Positions 19,837-29,874 of a stretch of DNA of 64,000 nt are shown here, piece after piece. The position numbers and the translations under genes were made by a program. The notes below the pieces were generated by a model, which saw nothing but the letters and a program-made list of their open reading frames with translations, ran no database searches and was not told the origin of the DNA. Source of the stretch: a virus (Duplodnaviria > Caudoviricetes); IMG/VR virus record IMGVR_UViG_3300031857_000007; one strand, written 5' to 3'. The first letter of the stretch is position 1. Every line of letters starts with the position of its first letter.

Positions 19837-20556
19837 CTATGCGAAAAAACTTGATAATCCCTCAAGAACTACCGTACTTTCAACTTCAGTATTTGGATTT
19901 GTAACCTTAATTTCATGAGATAACTTTGGCATACTTTCAAAAAACTTTTCAATCTGCTTAAATTGAGAAGAATTCATCTGATCTAGAAACTCAACAAGTT
20001 CTTTTTTGGTTACATCAGAAGAACTCCACACTTCCTCTTCTGTGTAGATTTTATCAATACAGGAAGAAACCAAGTCAAAAGATTGATCCATATTATTGTC
20101 ACCCGAAAAATCAAAGTTACTCTTGATAAATTGATCTAGTGATGGATATTTCATTTCCATAATGATATTTTCATCAACTTGAATTTTTGGATTGTGTTCT
20201 TCACTTCTCTGAACTTTAATATCGTCAATATTAATCTTTACCGGAACAGTTGTTTCGCCGTCGTCAGGACATATAATATTAACCTCTATTTCTTCTCCTA
20301 CAGATTTTCCTCTAATATTCAAAAACAAATATTCTATATCAAATGTGGGCAAAAATTCAACTTTGATATTCTTTGTTTGAATGCAATTTTTAATTACAGT
20401 TTTAATTGCTGTAGTGATTTGTTTTGTATCCTCACTTTCCAGGGCAATTACAAGAAGTTTTTCTTCTCTTACCAGAAATGGTCGGTAATTAATTTTTTGT
20501 CCAGTAGAAGGCAATTCCAACTCATATGTTGGTGTAGAAATTTTTGGTAAAGGCAT
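19837..20556 (-). CDS. gp26: Baseplate hub subunit gp26
   Basis: MPLPKISTPTYELELPS...YRPFLVREEK, FDIEYLFLNIRGKSVGE. Confidence 0.9.
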   Translation of the reverse strand: MPLPKISTPTYELELPSTGQKINYRPFLVREEKLLVIALESEDTKQITTAIKTVIKNCIQTKNIKVEFLPTFDIEYLFLNIRGKSVGEEIEVNIICPDDGETTVPVKINIDDIKVQRSEEHNPKIQVDENIIMEMKYPSLDQFIKSNFDFSGDNNMDQSFDLVSSCIDKIYTEEEVWSSSDVTKKELVEFLDQMNSSQFKQIEKFFESMPKLSHEIKVTNPNTEVESTVVLEGLSSFFA

Positions 20557-20593
20557 AATGTCTTATAAAGATTCAGTTGAATTATTTATTGCT

Positions 20594-21418
20594 TCAAGAT
20601 AAACCTTGATTTAAATCAGTTTGTCCTGGAGTGAGGGGACTCGTAAAACTTGCTCCGCTTGATCTCAATAGTTTATCAATATTAATTTCTGAAGGTTGTG
20701 TTTGAGTTTCCTCAGTTCCTGGAGTAGATGGTTCCGAAGATGATGTTGTTAACACATAATCTTGCTTATTCACAACGTATCTTAAGTAAGTAAAAGATAC
20801 TGTGCATTTTAAAAGATTTGATCCATCATAAGAAACCGGCATTGAGTTAATTGATATTGGATAAGCTTTTATAAATCTATATGTTAAACATTTGCCAGAC
20901 ATATCTCTTTCAAATTTGTTAATATACAAACTAGAGGCTCTATATCCACTTCCAGGACCTCCACTTTTTAGTTTGGTATGAGGTTCTCCTGTACCATCTG
21001 GATACCTTACTCTATAGTAATATTGAGATTCTGGCAACTTTCCAGAAAATTCTTCTCCTGCAATATAAGATATCCAACCCTCAAAAAATGAAATTATATT
21101 GTAATCATGGTCAACGTAAAAAGTAAAATCAGCTCTGTCATCATATATTCTTCTATATGCATGTCTTTCTGTTACTCCACTGAAATCATTATTAATTTCA
21201 TGAGTTGCTAAGCTGCTACCTGGAAGAGATGCTTCAGAGCAAGAAAGTGAAATAAAACTAGAATCATACTCATATCTCCCAGATTTTTTTAACCAATTAG
21301 TTACATCATTTGGAGGATTGAACCAACACTCATAGTGAGATGTTAATGCTGGTCTAAGCAAGGTGGATTTTATTGAACTTATTCCCTTGATACTAGGGAA
21401 TGGGGATCCGAATGCCAT
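20594..21418 (-). CDS. gp54: Baseplate tail-tube initiator (gp54/gp19-like)
   Basis: CSEASLPG, AYRRIYD.ADFTFYVD, AYPISI..M.VSY...L....V.F.Y tail-tube-fold motifs. Confidence 0.65.
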   Translation of the reverse strand: MAFGSPFPSIKGISSIKSTLLRPALTSHYECWFNPPNDVTNWLKKSGRYEYDSSFISLSCSEASLPGSSLATHEINNDFSGVTERHAYRRIYDDRADFTFYVDHDYNIISFFEGWISYIAGEEFSGKLPESQYYYRVRYPDGTGEPHTKLKSGGPGSGYRASSLYINKFERDMSGKCLTYRFIKAYPISINSMPVSYDGSNLLKCTVSFTYLRYVVNKQDYVLTTSSSEPSTPGTEETQTQPSEINIDKLLRSSGASFTSPLTPGQTDLNQGLS

Positions 21419-21419
21419 C

Positions 21420-21427
21420 TATAAATA
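21420..21427 (+). promoter_or_regulatory. T4-type late promoter TATAAATA
   Basis: Exact T4 late consensus 32 nt upstream of gp4. Confidence 0.75.
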
Positions 21428-21458
21428 ATTTTACCGTATATATTATGTATCAAAATAA

Positions 21459-21902
21459 ATGGCAGAAAGTATTAAAAGTAGGTATAAACCTTCGCATCCA
21501 CAAAAATATAAAGGTGACCCAAATAATATTATCTGCCGTAGCAGTTGGGAGAGAAAATTTTGTCATTGGTGCGACTTAAACGAAAATATAATCGAATGGG
21601 GAAGTGAAGAATTTTGGATACCTTACATTTCTCCAGTAGACAATCGTGTTCATAGATATTTTCCTGACTTTATAATAAAAGTTAAAGAAAAGACGGGAAA
21701 AACAAAAACTTATATTGTCGAAGTAAAACCAAAAAAACAAACTCTTCCACCAAAGCAAAAAACGCGAGTTACAAAGTCATTCATACATGAATGCAAAACA
21801 TATGCAGTAAATCAAGCTAAGTGGAAAGCCGCAAAAGAGTTTTGTGACGATAGAATGATAGAATTTAAAGTCATCACAGAAGAAGAATTAGGTATCAAGT
21901 AA
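21459..21902 (+). CDS. gp4: Head completion nuclease gp4
   Basis: YKPSHPQKYKGD...RSSWERKFCHWCD...WGSEE...HRYFPDF...VEVKP. Confidence 0.9.
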   Translation: MAESIKSRYKPSHPQKYKGDPNNIICRSSWERKFCHWCDLNENIIEWGSEEFWIPYISPVDNRVHRYFPDFIIKVKEKTGKTKTYIVEVKPKKQTLPPKQKTRVTKSFIHECKTYAVNQAKWKAAKEFCDDRMIEFKVITEEELGIK

Positions 21903-22288
21903 TGGAAAAAGGATTTGGACAAGAAATAGAAAAAAAATCTAGAAGAATTTCCATACTAAAATCAAACATAGAAAAAAATAATTATAAACAACCTGATGAT
22001 ATTATGCTAGCTATTATGGAAGTTTTTAAAATAGAAAAAGTTGTTCCTCAAGTTGGCAAATATTATACATTCGTATATTCTACAAAAACAAAAAATATTA
22101 GATACGATGAATTTCCACTTGTAGCAGTGACTTCTGTAGAACCTTGGGGATTCGAGGGGATCAATTTTCACTGGGGAGAAATGAGAAGATATACTTGGAA
22201 AGAAGTCAGCGGAAAACTTTTGTACGTAGAAAGAAATGAAATTGATTATTTGAGATCTCTTGGATATGCTAAGTTTAGAGCTAAATAA
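21902..22288 (+). CDS. gp2: DNA end-protector gp2-like protein
   Basis: GKYYTFVY, YDEFPLV, GF.GINFHW motifs; adjacent to gp4. Confidence 0.6.
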   Translation: MEKGFGQEIEKKSRRISILKSNIEKNNYKQPDDIMLAIMEVFKIEKVVPQVGKYYTFVYSTKTKNIRYDEFPLVAVTSVEPWGFEGINFHWGEMRRYTWKEVSGKLLYVERNEIDYLRSLGYAKFRAK

Positions 22289-22368
22289 ATAAAAACTCAC
22301 CTATAAATGTCTCTTACTTTACAAAAAATTGAGATACTGGCTCACCTTGTAAACGGGAGAGATTTCTG

Positions 22369-23859
22369 ATGGCTGATAAGATAAAATATATCTACGGCAA
22401 TCAATTTGCACAAAAATTGCCTGGAAGTAATCAAAATTATTACTTTAGAACAATTACTGGATATAAAGTAGATAGTAATGGAAAACCTATAGAAGGAACA
22501 GCAAGAACTGATTTATATTATGCACCTAAACCTGCAGCAAGAACTTCTGACGGAAAAACATGGACTCCAGGAACTGCCGACTCTATAGATAATTTTAATC
22601 CAGGTGGATGGGTTAGGGCTGGATCTACTGCAGATAATGGAAGAACTTATGGGTTTAGAAATTACTCACAAGAAGATGCAGATCTTGGAAAAATTCCTCC
22701 AGGAAAAAATGTAGGAGATCCTGTTTTAGGAGCAACCGCACAACAATCATTATCCACAAGTGGTGGTAAGTTTTATGATGCAGTTCAAAATAATCTCATC
22801 AATCTTGCGGCAAATACTCAACCAGGACTTGCTCAGGTAATATCTGCAAAGCAAGCAAATACTATACAATCTAATAATAGAAGTAAATCTGATCAAGGGG
22901 CAGATGTAGATTCAGAAGAACCTACACCAACGGATGAATCAGATATATCAGAAGATCTAACTTCAGGAATACAGGCATTAGCACAAACAGGAATACCAAA
23001 TCTTGAAGGATCTCCAGAAAGAAAAGAATATCCAGTTTTGCATTATCCAATTGACAGAAGCCCAACGCAAGATTATATTCAATTTAATATGCTCGAATAT
23101 GGAACCAGATCACCATTAGAAAATAAGTTAGGTTGGGGCAATAGAACCTTAACAGAAATTCCTAAAGGATATGTAACGTTACCTATACAACCTACATTAT
23201 CAGATCAAAATAGTGTTGATTGGAATGGACTTGGATTGAATGCATATCAATATGGATTAGCTTCAGGAGCTTTTTCTGCTATGGAAGGAAGTGATCCTGT
23301 GAATCAATTTATATCTCAAATCGAGGGAACATTGGGAGAAGGTGGTGTTGGCGATGCGCTCAAAACCGCCATAAAATTAGAACTAGCACAACAAGCAGTA
23401 AGTGCTCAAGGATTATTATCTAGAGTTTCTGGCGCTATCGTAAATCCCAACCTTGAACTGCTATTTCAAGGCCCACAACTAAGACCTTTTAATTTTACGT
23501 TCAGATTAAGTCCAAGAAGCAAAAGAGAATCTGAAATTGTTCTTGGTATAATAAGATTTTTTAAAGAAGGAATGGCACCAAAGAAAGGAGCAGGAAATTT
23601 GTTCCTTAAAGCTCCCAACGTATTTAAAATAGTATATAAGCATAAAGGTGATAACGAACATCCAGGATTAAATAAAATCAAGACATGTGCATTACAAGCA
23701 TGTACCGTAGATTATACCCCAGACGGTTCATATATGACTTTTGATGATGGTGTTATGACCTCATATCAATTAAATTTACAATTTAGTGAACTTGAGCCTG
23801 TATATTCTAGCGACTATTTCGATGAAAATGGAAAATCAATTTCAGGAGTAGGATATTAA
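22369..23859 (+). CDS. gp48: Baseplate tail-tube cap gp48
   Basis: NPNLELLFQGPQLRPFNFTFRLSPRS..ES; CALQACTVDYTPDG; L.LQFSELEP. Confidence 0.85.
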   Translation: MADKIKYIYGNQFAQKLPGSNQNYYFRTITGYKVDSNGKPIEGTARTDLYYAPKPAARTSDGKTWTPGTADSIDNFNPGGWVRAGSTADNGRTYGFRNYSQEDADLGKIPPGKNVGDPVLGATAQQSLSTSGGKFYDAVQNNLINLAANTQPGLAQVISAKQANTIQSNNRSKSDQGADVDSEEPTPTDESDISEDLTSGIQALAQTGIPNLEGSPERKEYPVLHYPIDRSPTQDYIQFNMLEYGTRSPLENKLGWGNRTLTEIPKGYVTLPIQPTLSDQNSVDWNGLGLNAYQYGLASGAFSAMEGSDPVNQFISQIEGTLGEGGVGDALKTAIKLELAQQAVSAQGLLSRVSGAIVNPNLELLFQGPQLRPFNFTFRLSPRSKRESEIVLGIIRFFKEGMAPKKGAGNLFLKAPNVFKIVYKHKGDNEHPGLNKIKTCALQACTVDYTPDGSYMTFDDGVMTSYQLNLQFSELEPVYSSDYFDENGKSISGVGY

Positions 23860-23860
23860 A

Positions 23861-24529
23861 ATGGCAACACCATACTTTAGCAAAGTACCAAATTTCAATT
23901 ATGTCAGTAGATTGCCAGAATCTACAAATAATGACTTTATACAGGTAAAGAATCTTTTTAAAAGAGGAAAACTTCGTGACGATATTGTTGAAAATTTAAA
24001 TTTTTTCACAAAATATAAAATTATAGGTGACGAGAGACCTGATAATGTCGCATTTAAATTTTATGATGACGAAACTTTGGATTGGGTTGTATTACTGTCA
24101 AATAACATATTAAATGTGTACTCAGAATGGCCTCTGCCACAAATTACGTTTGACAAGTATTTGATTGAAAAATATGGAACTTACGATAAAATATATGACA
24201 CTCATCATTATGAAACTACTGAAGTATACAACAGTTTAGGCGTTTTAATCTTGCCTGCTGGTCTTCAAGTTGATCAAAACTATAGCATAACATTCTATGA
24301 CTATGGATTAGGTCAAGAAGTTACAAAAACAAATATTACAGTAGAAATAACAAATTATCAATATGAAGAAGATAAAGAAAATAAAAAAAGAAATATTTAC
24401 ATACTAAAACCAGTTTATCTAAACGTAATACTAAATGACATAGAAGAAATAATGTCATATAAACAGGGTTCTATCCAATATGTAGATAGAACCCTGAAAA
24501 AAGGAGATAATATTAAACTTTACGAATAA
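23861..24529 (+). CDS. gp53: Baseplate wedge gp53
   Basis: YFSKVPN, KNLFKR, ERPDNVA..FY....LDWVVLLSNNI....EWP. Confidence 0.85.
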   Translation: MATPYFSKVPNFNYVSRLPESTNNDFIQVKNLFKRGKLRDDIVENLNFFTKYKIIGDERPDNVAFKFYDDETLDWVVLLSNNILNVYSEWPLPQITFDKYLIEKYGTYDKIYDTHHYETTEVYNSLGVLILPAGLQVDQNYSITFYDYGLGQEVTKTNITVEITNYQYEEDKENKKRNIYILKPVYLNVILNDIEEIMSYKQGSIQYVDRTLKKGDNIKLYE

Positions 24530-25507
24530 TCAACTTTCTGCCAGTCTCTGGAAATAACTCAGAGCATCGTCTTCATCTTCTTCGTCTGCACTACTAGTAG
24601 AGGAACCCAAAGAGGCAAGTTGACGACTCAAATCTTCTGGAACGTTTTTGCTACGATTGTAAGATTCTTCAAGTTCTTTCTCTACATTTTTGGAAGAATT
24701 GTAAGATTCAACATAAGATTCATACTCTTCTTCCTGAGCAACGACAGATTGGGATTGGGTTGGAGGTGTTTTCTTACCCAAAACCATGTTTAGACGACGC
24801 TCAAGTTCTTCATAGGTTTTGAACTGATCTGGAGCTGTTACTGCAGTCAGAGAGTAGCACTTTTTCCAAATTGCTTCAAGAGCATCGTCGTCGTCCAGAA
24901 GAGATTCAACAGAACCAAATTCAGACTTATCATAATTCCAATATCCATCCTTCTTAACAATTTTGAGTTTGAAATTGGCACCTTGCCAGAAGTCAAAAGG
25001 ATTGATAGGAGTTTCATCTTCAAACTCGGGTTGCATTGCCTCCATAATTTTATCAAAGATCTTCTTGCCGTACTTAAACAGGAAGACTTTACCTTCGTTT
25101 TGAGGATTTGCAGGATCTTTTACAACGTAGATATTGCTGTAATAAGACAGTTTACGCTTTTGCTTACGAACAGTTTCTTTATTTGCTTCTGATCCCGTGT
25201 TCCACAGTTCACGGTTATACTCTCCAAGAGGATCTTTTTGTCCAATAGTGGTGAGAGAATTCTCAATATACCAACCACCAGGACCTTGGAAAGCATGTGA
25301 ATACAGTTTTGCCCAGGGAAGTTCTTCTCCTTCTGGTGCAGGGAGGAAACGAATTACTGCAAAACCGTTACCTGTTTTATCCATTTCTGGTTTCCAGAGA
25401 CGCTCATCAGCGCCACCAGAAGTTGTACTCATTTTCTCAACTTCTTTTACCAGTTTAGAAGTAAGAGAACCCAGTTTGGATTGTTTTTTGAGATCTGAAA
25501 AAGACAT
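24530..25507 (-). CDS. gp32: Single-stranded DNA-binding protein gp32
   Basis: DERLWKP.MDKTGNGFAVIRFLP, HAFQGPGGWYIENSL, acidic C-terminal tail. Confidence 0.95.
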   Translation of the reverse strand: MSFSDLKKQSKLGSLTSKLVKEVEKMSTTSGGADERLWKPEMDKTGNGFAVIRFLPAPEGEELPWAKLYSHAFQGPGGWYIENSLTTIGQKDPLGEYNRELWNTGSEANKETVRKQKRKLSYYSNIYVVKDPANPQNEGKVFLFKYGKKIFDKIMEAMQPEFEDETPINPFDFWQGANFKLKIVKKDGYWNYDKSEFGSVESLLDDDDALEAIWKKCYSLTAVTAPDQFKTYEELERRLNMVLGKKTPPTQSQSVVAQEEEYESYVESYNSSKNVEKELEESYNRSKNVPEDLSRQLASLGSSTSSADEEDEDDALSYFQRLAES

Positions 25508-25551
25508 TTTTATACCTCGGATTAATTGGATTTGGCTTTTGGTACTTCATT

Positions 25552-25580
25552 ATTCTACAGGTCCGCGTCTGCCTTGTCAA
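25552..25580 (-). promoter_or_regulatory. Sigma70-type promoter for gp32
   Basis: TTGACA-N17-TAGAAT with TG extension. Confidence 0.8.
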
Positions 25581-25899
25581 TCTGTTTTCGCATGGTCTCA
25601 ATGAGTCTCGACATGTTAGAAAATAATATTTTTATATCAACATTTGAAGGCAGTCCCATTAATTTAGCAGACTCTATTATTCTATTTTTCATTTGTATTG
25701 CTTCTGGGTCATCAGAAAGACACAATCTAGTATAAAGAATTTGCTGTTTATCTAAAAGTCTTCGTAGAAGATTGACATGAGTTATTTTTTCTTTTTTTCC
25801 CATCGTAGGGAATTTAAAAACACTCTGATAAATTTGCTCTTGCAGATTTGATATTTCTGCAATCTCTGAGCGAACTACCTCAGATTCAAAAAAACTCAT
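25555..25899 (-). CDS. Conserved hypothetical protein (DUF1825-like)
   Basis: FFESEVVR...Y.RL.LSDDPEA..MK pattern; located between gp59 and gp32. Confidence 0.6.
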   Translation of the reverse strand: MSFFESEVVRSEIAEISNLQEQIYQSVFKFPTMGKKEKITHVNLLRRLLDKQQILYTRLCLSDDPEAIQMKNRIIESAKLMGLPSNVDIKILFSNMSRLIETMRKQIDKADADL

Positions 25900-26492
25900 G
25901 CTTCCTCCAAAATAATCTGCTTACAAATCTTTTTGTAATGAAATACATCTATATGTATGAAGGAAGAATATTTTTTTAATTTTAAGCTAACAGTTTCCCA
26001 GACAGGATCTTTAAGTTTTTTGTCAAAATTATTCAAATATCCAAAAATTCGATCATAAATGATCATTGTTTCTGGTGAAATTTTTCCCGTTAAAAACTTC
26101 TTAAGTATAATCGGATGTCCTTTTGAGCAATCAAAAACATCATCCACCTTATTTTCTCCAAATAAATTCTCAGTCTCTTGCTTGAAAAAGTAAGTTAGAG
26201 ACTGATTTCTTTTTTGCCACCTTTTATAAGTATCTTCACCTTCTCTAATAATATTGCCAATCCATAAATTGGTAGGATCATCAGAAGATACGAAATTTGA
26301 AACAAAAAAATCAACAACTTCCTCTTCAGTTTTGCTCCTAGAAAGTTTTTCAAACCAAAAGCGATCTTTTCTTTTATAAAAAGACTGCAAACTTGCTCTT
26401 GTCTTCCCAGCATACTTATGGTAATCGTAAGTATCTTTAGTGAAGTGATTTTTTAGAGCAAGATAAGTTTTATAAGCATCAAATGGCATCAT
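25896..26492 (-). CDS. gp59: Helicase loader gp59
   Basis: YKTYLALKNHFT...YDYHKY.GK......F.KRKD. Confidence 0.85.
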   Translation of the reverse strand: MMPFDAYKTYLALKNHFTKDTYDYHKYAGKTRASLQSFYKRKDRFWFEKLSRSKTEEEVVDFFVSNFVSSDDPTNLWIGNIIREGEDTYKRWQKRNQSLTYFFKQETENLFGENKVDDVFDCSKGHPIILKKFLTGKISPETMIIYDRIFGYLNNFDKKLKDPVWETVSLKLKKYSSFIHIDVFHYKKICKQIILEEA

Positions 26493-26548
26493 TAAAAAAA
26501 TCTAATATGGGAATTTTTTGCCGGAAATTTTTTTCGGGAAAAATGCAA

Positions 26549-26806
26549 TCAAATTGGCAATTTTGCACGGGAACTTTTCTTTAAAAAGTTTAATTCCATT
26601 GCTTCATACTTTATCTTTTCTTTCAATGGTTTTGAAAGAAGTTTAGGAACAGATTCAATGTCGATATTATTTTCCGAGCAAAAATAAACTATCGCATCAA
26701 TGTAATTCATTTCTTCATTTGTTTGAACTAAGAATTCAATTTCTTTAGCAAACCTTGAAGGACAAAAAAACTTATTTTCTAATGCCTTTTCTAATTCATT
26801 TCCCAT
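26549..26806 (-). CDS. gp33: Late transcription co-activator gp33
   Basis: F...IE..V......YIDAIV.FC.EN.ID.E.V.KL.SK.LKEKI..EA..LN.L. Confidence 0.85.
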   Translation of the reverse strand: MGNELEKALENKFFCPSRFAKEIEFLVQTNEEMNYIDAIVYFCSENNIDIESVPKLLSKPLKEKIKYEAMELNFLKKSSRAKLPI

Positions 26807-27476
26807 TTGACCCAAGATTGTTTGATACAAATTCTTTAATATAACGAACTAATAACTTAATATAATCACTTTTGTTTCTTTTGTCAAATACTTTAACTTC
26901 GCCACCAGGAGTGACCATTAGCGTGATTAATTTTACTGGAGGAATATTCGTTAGTTCATAATATGCTGCTGCATAAAACATCTCTTGGACGAAATAATTT
27001 TCAATCCACTCTTCTGGTTTAATTTTTTCGGATGTCTTGAAGTCAATGACTGCAAGTTCTCCTTCATACTCTGCAATACAGTCTACTCTTCCAGCAAGTC
27101 CCAGATATTCAGAGTAGAGTGTTCTTTCAATTGCATGAATATTATTTATCTTATCAAGGTAAGGTTTTGCGTGATGGAACATAAACTTTGTCAGGGGTTG
27201 ATAATTTGCCCAATCAAGTTCTTTGTTCTCAAGATAGTCTTGACAGACTTGGTGAAAATCAGTTCCTCTTGCCGTTGCCTTTCTTGTAATTGCGTTTGCC
27301 TTTTCTACACCAACTCTTTGTCTCCATTCAGTAAAGATCTGTCGATTATAAAAAGAAGTCACAGATGTAATGGATGGCACCCAACTCCCATTTGGCAAAT
27401 TGTAGAGACGGATGCCATTTTGTTCTTTCTTTTCTAATTCAAGATCACCTAAGTAATTATGATGAATAAATGTCAT
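26796..27476 (-). CDS. PD-(D/E)XK exonuclease
   Basis: PSITSV, RGT.FH, IERTLYS...LAGRVDCIAE...AVIDFKTS. Confidence 0.85.
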   Translation of the reverse strand: MTFIHHNYLGDLELEKKEQNGIRLYNLPNGSWVPSITSVTSFYNRQIFTEWRQRVGVEKANAITRKATARGTDFHQVCQDYLENKELDWANYQPLTKFMFHHAKPYLDKINNIHAIERTLYSEYLGLAGRVDCIAEYEGELAVIDFKTSEKIKPEEWIENYFVQEMFYAAAYYELTNIPPVKLITLMVTPGGEVKVFDKRNKSDYIKLLVRYIKEFVSNNLGSNGK

Positions 27477-28225
27477 AGACCAACTTCCAGTTTAGAAATA
27501 ATATATTCTTTAACAAATCCAGATCTTACAATATCTTCAACTTGGAATTCAATAATATCAACCGAGGGCATTACACGAAGAATTTTCATAAAATCAATAA
27601 TACCATTCTTTTCATTTGTTTTAACTAAGTCTGATTGGGTAGCATCACCACAGAACATAATCTTAGAATTTTCACCGACACGAGTAATGATACTATCAAG
27701 TTCATGGAAGTTTAGGTTCTGAAATTCATCAACAATAATAATTGCATTATCCAGAGTTGTACCACGAATAAAAGAAGTGCTCCAGAAACTAATAGTACCT
27801 TGGGTTTTTAAGTTCCCATAAAGCATTTCAAAATCTGCATCCGTTGGCAACTGGAACATGTACTTAACCATGTTCTTATATGGAATTTGATAGAGAGAAG
27901 ATTTATCTTCATGGTCTCCAGGAAGAAATCCAATTTCTCTAGTTGCTACAAGAGATCTTACAATATAGATTTTTTCATATGGACTTCTCTCGTCCAAAAC
28001 ATCTTGAATGGCATTGTAAAGTGTTATGAATGTTTTTCCAGTTCCTGCACATCCGTATGCAACAATATTTTTATTGGATTCATACGATTCATACAATCTT
28101 TTTTGATTCTCCGTTAAAGGATCAATGTCTTTCATTAAGTCGATATTGATTGGCTTTTTGCGTTTCATTTGCTTAGCAGTCATTCCAACGCCAATCGGTT
28201 GATCCTCTTTTCTTCTTCTTGCCAT
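27473..28225 (-). CDS. phoH: PhoH-family ATPase
   Basis: GCAGTGKT Walker A, IGFLPG, RGTTLDN..IIVDEFQN, GD..QSDL. Confidence 0.95.
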   Translation of the reverse strand: MARRRKEDQPIGVGMTAKQMKRKKPINIDLMKDIDPLTENQKRLYESYESNKNIVAYGCAGTGKTFITLYNAIQDVLDERSPYEKIYIVRSLVATREIGFLPGDHEDKSSLYQIPYKNMVKYMFQLPTDADFEMLYGNLKTQGTISFWSTSFIRGTTLDNAIIIVDEFQNLNFHELDSIITRVGENSKIMFCGDATQSDLVKTNEKNGIIDFMKILRVMPSVDIIEFQVEDIVRSGFVKEYIISKLEVGL

Positions 28226-28233
28226 ATAAAAAA

Positions 28234-28482
28234 TTAAATTGATTTTACTTTCGAACCAGGTACTTTTGAAGCTTTGTGGAGAACATCATTCCAACCAGGA
28301 TGAGACTTTTTAAGTCTATCATAAACTTCACCAACCTCTCCAGAACTGGGACATGTTGAAGGATCACTCCAATCCCTATCCCATTCTGGATTGTCATTTT
28401 TCCACTGGTCCCAATCATGAACACTCATTGTAACTTCTTTTTGTTCGCCAGTTACTTTATTGACTACAGGATAAGTTGCCAT
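28234..28482 (-). CDS. Conserved hypothetical protein
   Basis: ORF track, 82 aa; AATAAATA late-promoter-like site at 28505-28512. Confidence 0.7.
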   Translation of the reverse strand: MATYPVVNKVTGEQKEVTMSVHDWDQWKNDNPEWDRDWSDPSTCPSSGEVGEVYDRLKKSHPGWNDVLHKASKVPGSKVKSI

Positions 28483-28507
28483 AAATTACATAAAGATATA
28501 GGGATAT

Positions 28508-29197
28508 TTATTCAATAGTAATGGAAGGGGCGTCGGAACATTCAGAACAACCTTCACGAGTCCAACCAAGTGCTTCAGATACAGCAGGGAACTGACAGGT
28601 AAAAATACAACGAATCAATTCTGCAATCTCCATGTGTTCCTTCTGTGTACCGTGTGCAGACCGTAGATCAATGTAATGGATCCATGACCTTACAGAACCG
28701 GTCATATAGAGGCGTGTAGGCGTTGCTAGGGGCAGTACAAACCTTGCACACTCCTTTGCCACACCCTTCTCCAGAAGGCGATTGTAGACCCTCTGAGACT
28801 GCTCAAACAAAACGCGAATGTCTTCTAGTAAAGTAAGTTTCAAATAGTCTGGAAGATCATCAATTGAGTTTTGCCGATTCTTATTATCTTGCCTACGAAG
28901 TTCTGGGAGTGGAATACTACCACCAAGAAGATTTGCATCTGCATAACGCTGCGAAAATTCCTGATATGTAAAGCTCCTATGTCGGAGTATCTGTGCCGCA
29001 ATGCCTCTTGTCGTATTAATCTCAACAGTCATTGTTGCTTGTTCAAAAATACTCCAATGCTGATGTTGAATGCAGTATTTTAATAGTCCAGAAAATTTTT
29101 CATTATCTTGATTTGCGGGATTACTGACCCTAGCACAATATGCCATGTGCTTTTCTGCATCGGGAGTAACGCTAATGAGTTTAACTTCTGGTTTCAT
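28508..29197 (-). CDS. thyX: Flavin-dependent thymidylate synthase ThyX
   Basis: HWSIFEQ, QILRHRSFTYQEFSQRY, KECARFVLP, RSWIHYIDLR...TQKEH; start taken at MKPEV. Confidence 0.95.
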   Translation of the reverse strand: MKPEVKLISVTPDAEKHMAYCARVSNPANQDNEKFSGLLKYCIQHQHWSIFEQATMTVEINTTRGIAAQILRHRSFTYQEFSQRYADANLLGGSIPLPELRRQDNKNRQNSIDDLPDYLKLTLLEDIRVLFEQSQRVYNRLLEKGVAKECARFVLPLATPTRLYMTGSVRSWIHYIDLRSAHGTQKEHMEIAELIRCIFTCQFPAVSEALGWTREGCSECSDAPSITIE

Positions 29198-29207
29198 AAA
29201 CTCAAAT

Positions 29208-29375
29208 TCAGTCTGGATATCCATCATCGTCATAAAATACCTCGTCGTAATCTTCTATGTAAGGGGCAATTCTTTCGTACTTATATGAATCAACATCAGA
29301 GTAAACTTCTGATTTGAGACATTCTACTAAGGACTCAAGATTTTTTACTATAAGTTTGAGTTTTTCTTTATCCAT
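29208..29375 (-). CDS. Small acidic hypothetical protein (55 aa)
   Basis: Hand translation MDKEKLKLIVKNLESLVECLKSEVYSD... Confidence 0.6.
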   Translation of the reverse strand: MDKEKLKLIVKNLESLVECLKSEVYSDVDSYKYERIAPYIEDYDEVFYDDDGYPD

Positions 29376-29396
29376 TTTTTAAACTCTGACAAAATA

Positions 29397-29425
29397 ATTA
29401 TAGGTAAAAAAAAGAGGGGAGTCAA
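29397..29425 (-). promoter_or_regulatory. Sigma70-type promoter overlapping the upstream terminator
   Basis: TTGACT-N17-TATAAT. Confidence 0.75.
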
Positions 29426-29434
29426 GTCCCCTCT
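29406..29434 (-). terminator. Intrinsic terminator after the DUF4278 unit
   Basis: GAGGGGA-CTTGAC-TCCCCTC followed by T8. Confidence 0.8.
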
Positions 29435-29438
29435 CACA

Positions 29439-29540
29439 TTAAGCAATCTGTGGTTGCTTTGCCATATTAATCTGAGCAGCATGGAGAAGTTTTTCCCTCT
29501 TTGCTTTTTTCTTGAGATAACGAACGAAGTAAGTATTCAT
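29439..29540 (-). CDS. Small basic peptide (33 aa)
   Basis: MNTYFVRYLKKKAKREKLLHAAQINMAKQPQIA; ATGA overlap with DUF4278 and a GGAGG SD. Confidence 0.55.
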   Translation of the reverse strand: MNTYFVRYLKKKAKREKLLHAAQINMAKQPQIA

Positions 29541-29701
29541 TTTACACCTCCCTTGGATTTTTCCATATGGAGTTTGTTTCCATTTTCATCAACATAAAAC
29601 AAAACGCCACGATAGATTTCTACGTGCGCTGGTGGTCTTACATTTTGATTTGGGCGATCTGTAGTGTCATATTCAACACCACGATAAACGACTTTAGACA
29701 T
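29537..29701 (-). CDS. DUF4278-family small protein (54 aa)
   Basis: MSKVVYRGVEY...IYRGV duplicated YRGV motif; AAGGAG SD; riboswitch upstream. Confidence 0.8.
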   Translation of the reverse strand: MSKVVYRGVEYDTTDRPNQNVRPPAHVEIYRGVLFYVDENGNKLHMEKSKGGVK

Positions 29702-29729
29702 TAGGGTTCTCCTTAATTGAAGTTAAAGA

Positions 29730-29829
29730 GCGTTCCTTCAGTCGGCGTTTGCGTCGGTTTCCCGATGAACGTTCCGTTCCGCGTCGGCTTACTTCCGTCC
29801 TATAGTACTTTAGTCATAGGATGAACGTT
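29730..29829 (-). ncRNA. Tandem glutamine riboswitch (glnA/Downstream-peptide family)
   Basis: Two units AACGTTCA-[hairpin]-CG(G/C)AA...GCCGAC...GAACG with P1 CGTTC/GAACG; unit 1 has CGGAAGTAAG, unit 2 has a TCGG-GAAA-CCGA tetraloop and ends GAAGGAACGC. Confidence 0.8.
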
Positions 29830-29837
29830 AGAGGATT

Positions 29838-29867
29838 ATTATACCTCTAGTTACAGTATATATGCAA
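29838..29867 (-). promoter_or_regulatory. Sigma70-type promoter for the riboswitch/DUF4278 unit
   Basis: TTGCAT-N18-TATAAT about 8 nt upstream of the first aptamer. Confidence 0.7.
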
Positions 29868-29874
29868 GCACTTT

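Noticed and set aside
26796-27476. Cas4/CRISPR system
   Set aside because: This is the usual stand-alone PD-(D/E)XK exonuclease next to phoH; there are no other cas genes or arrays.
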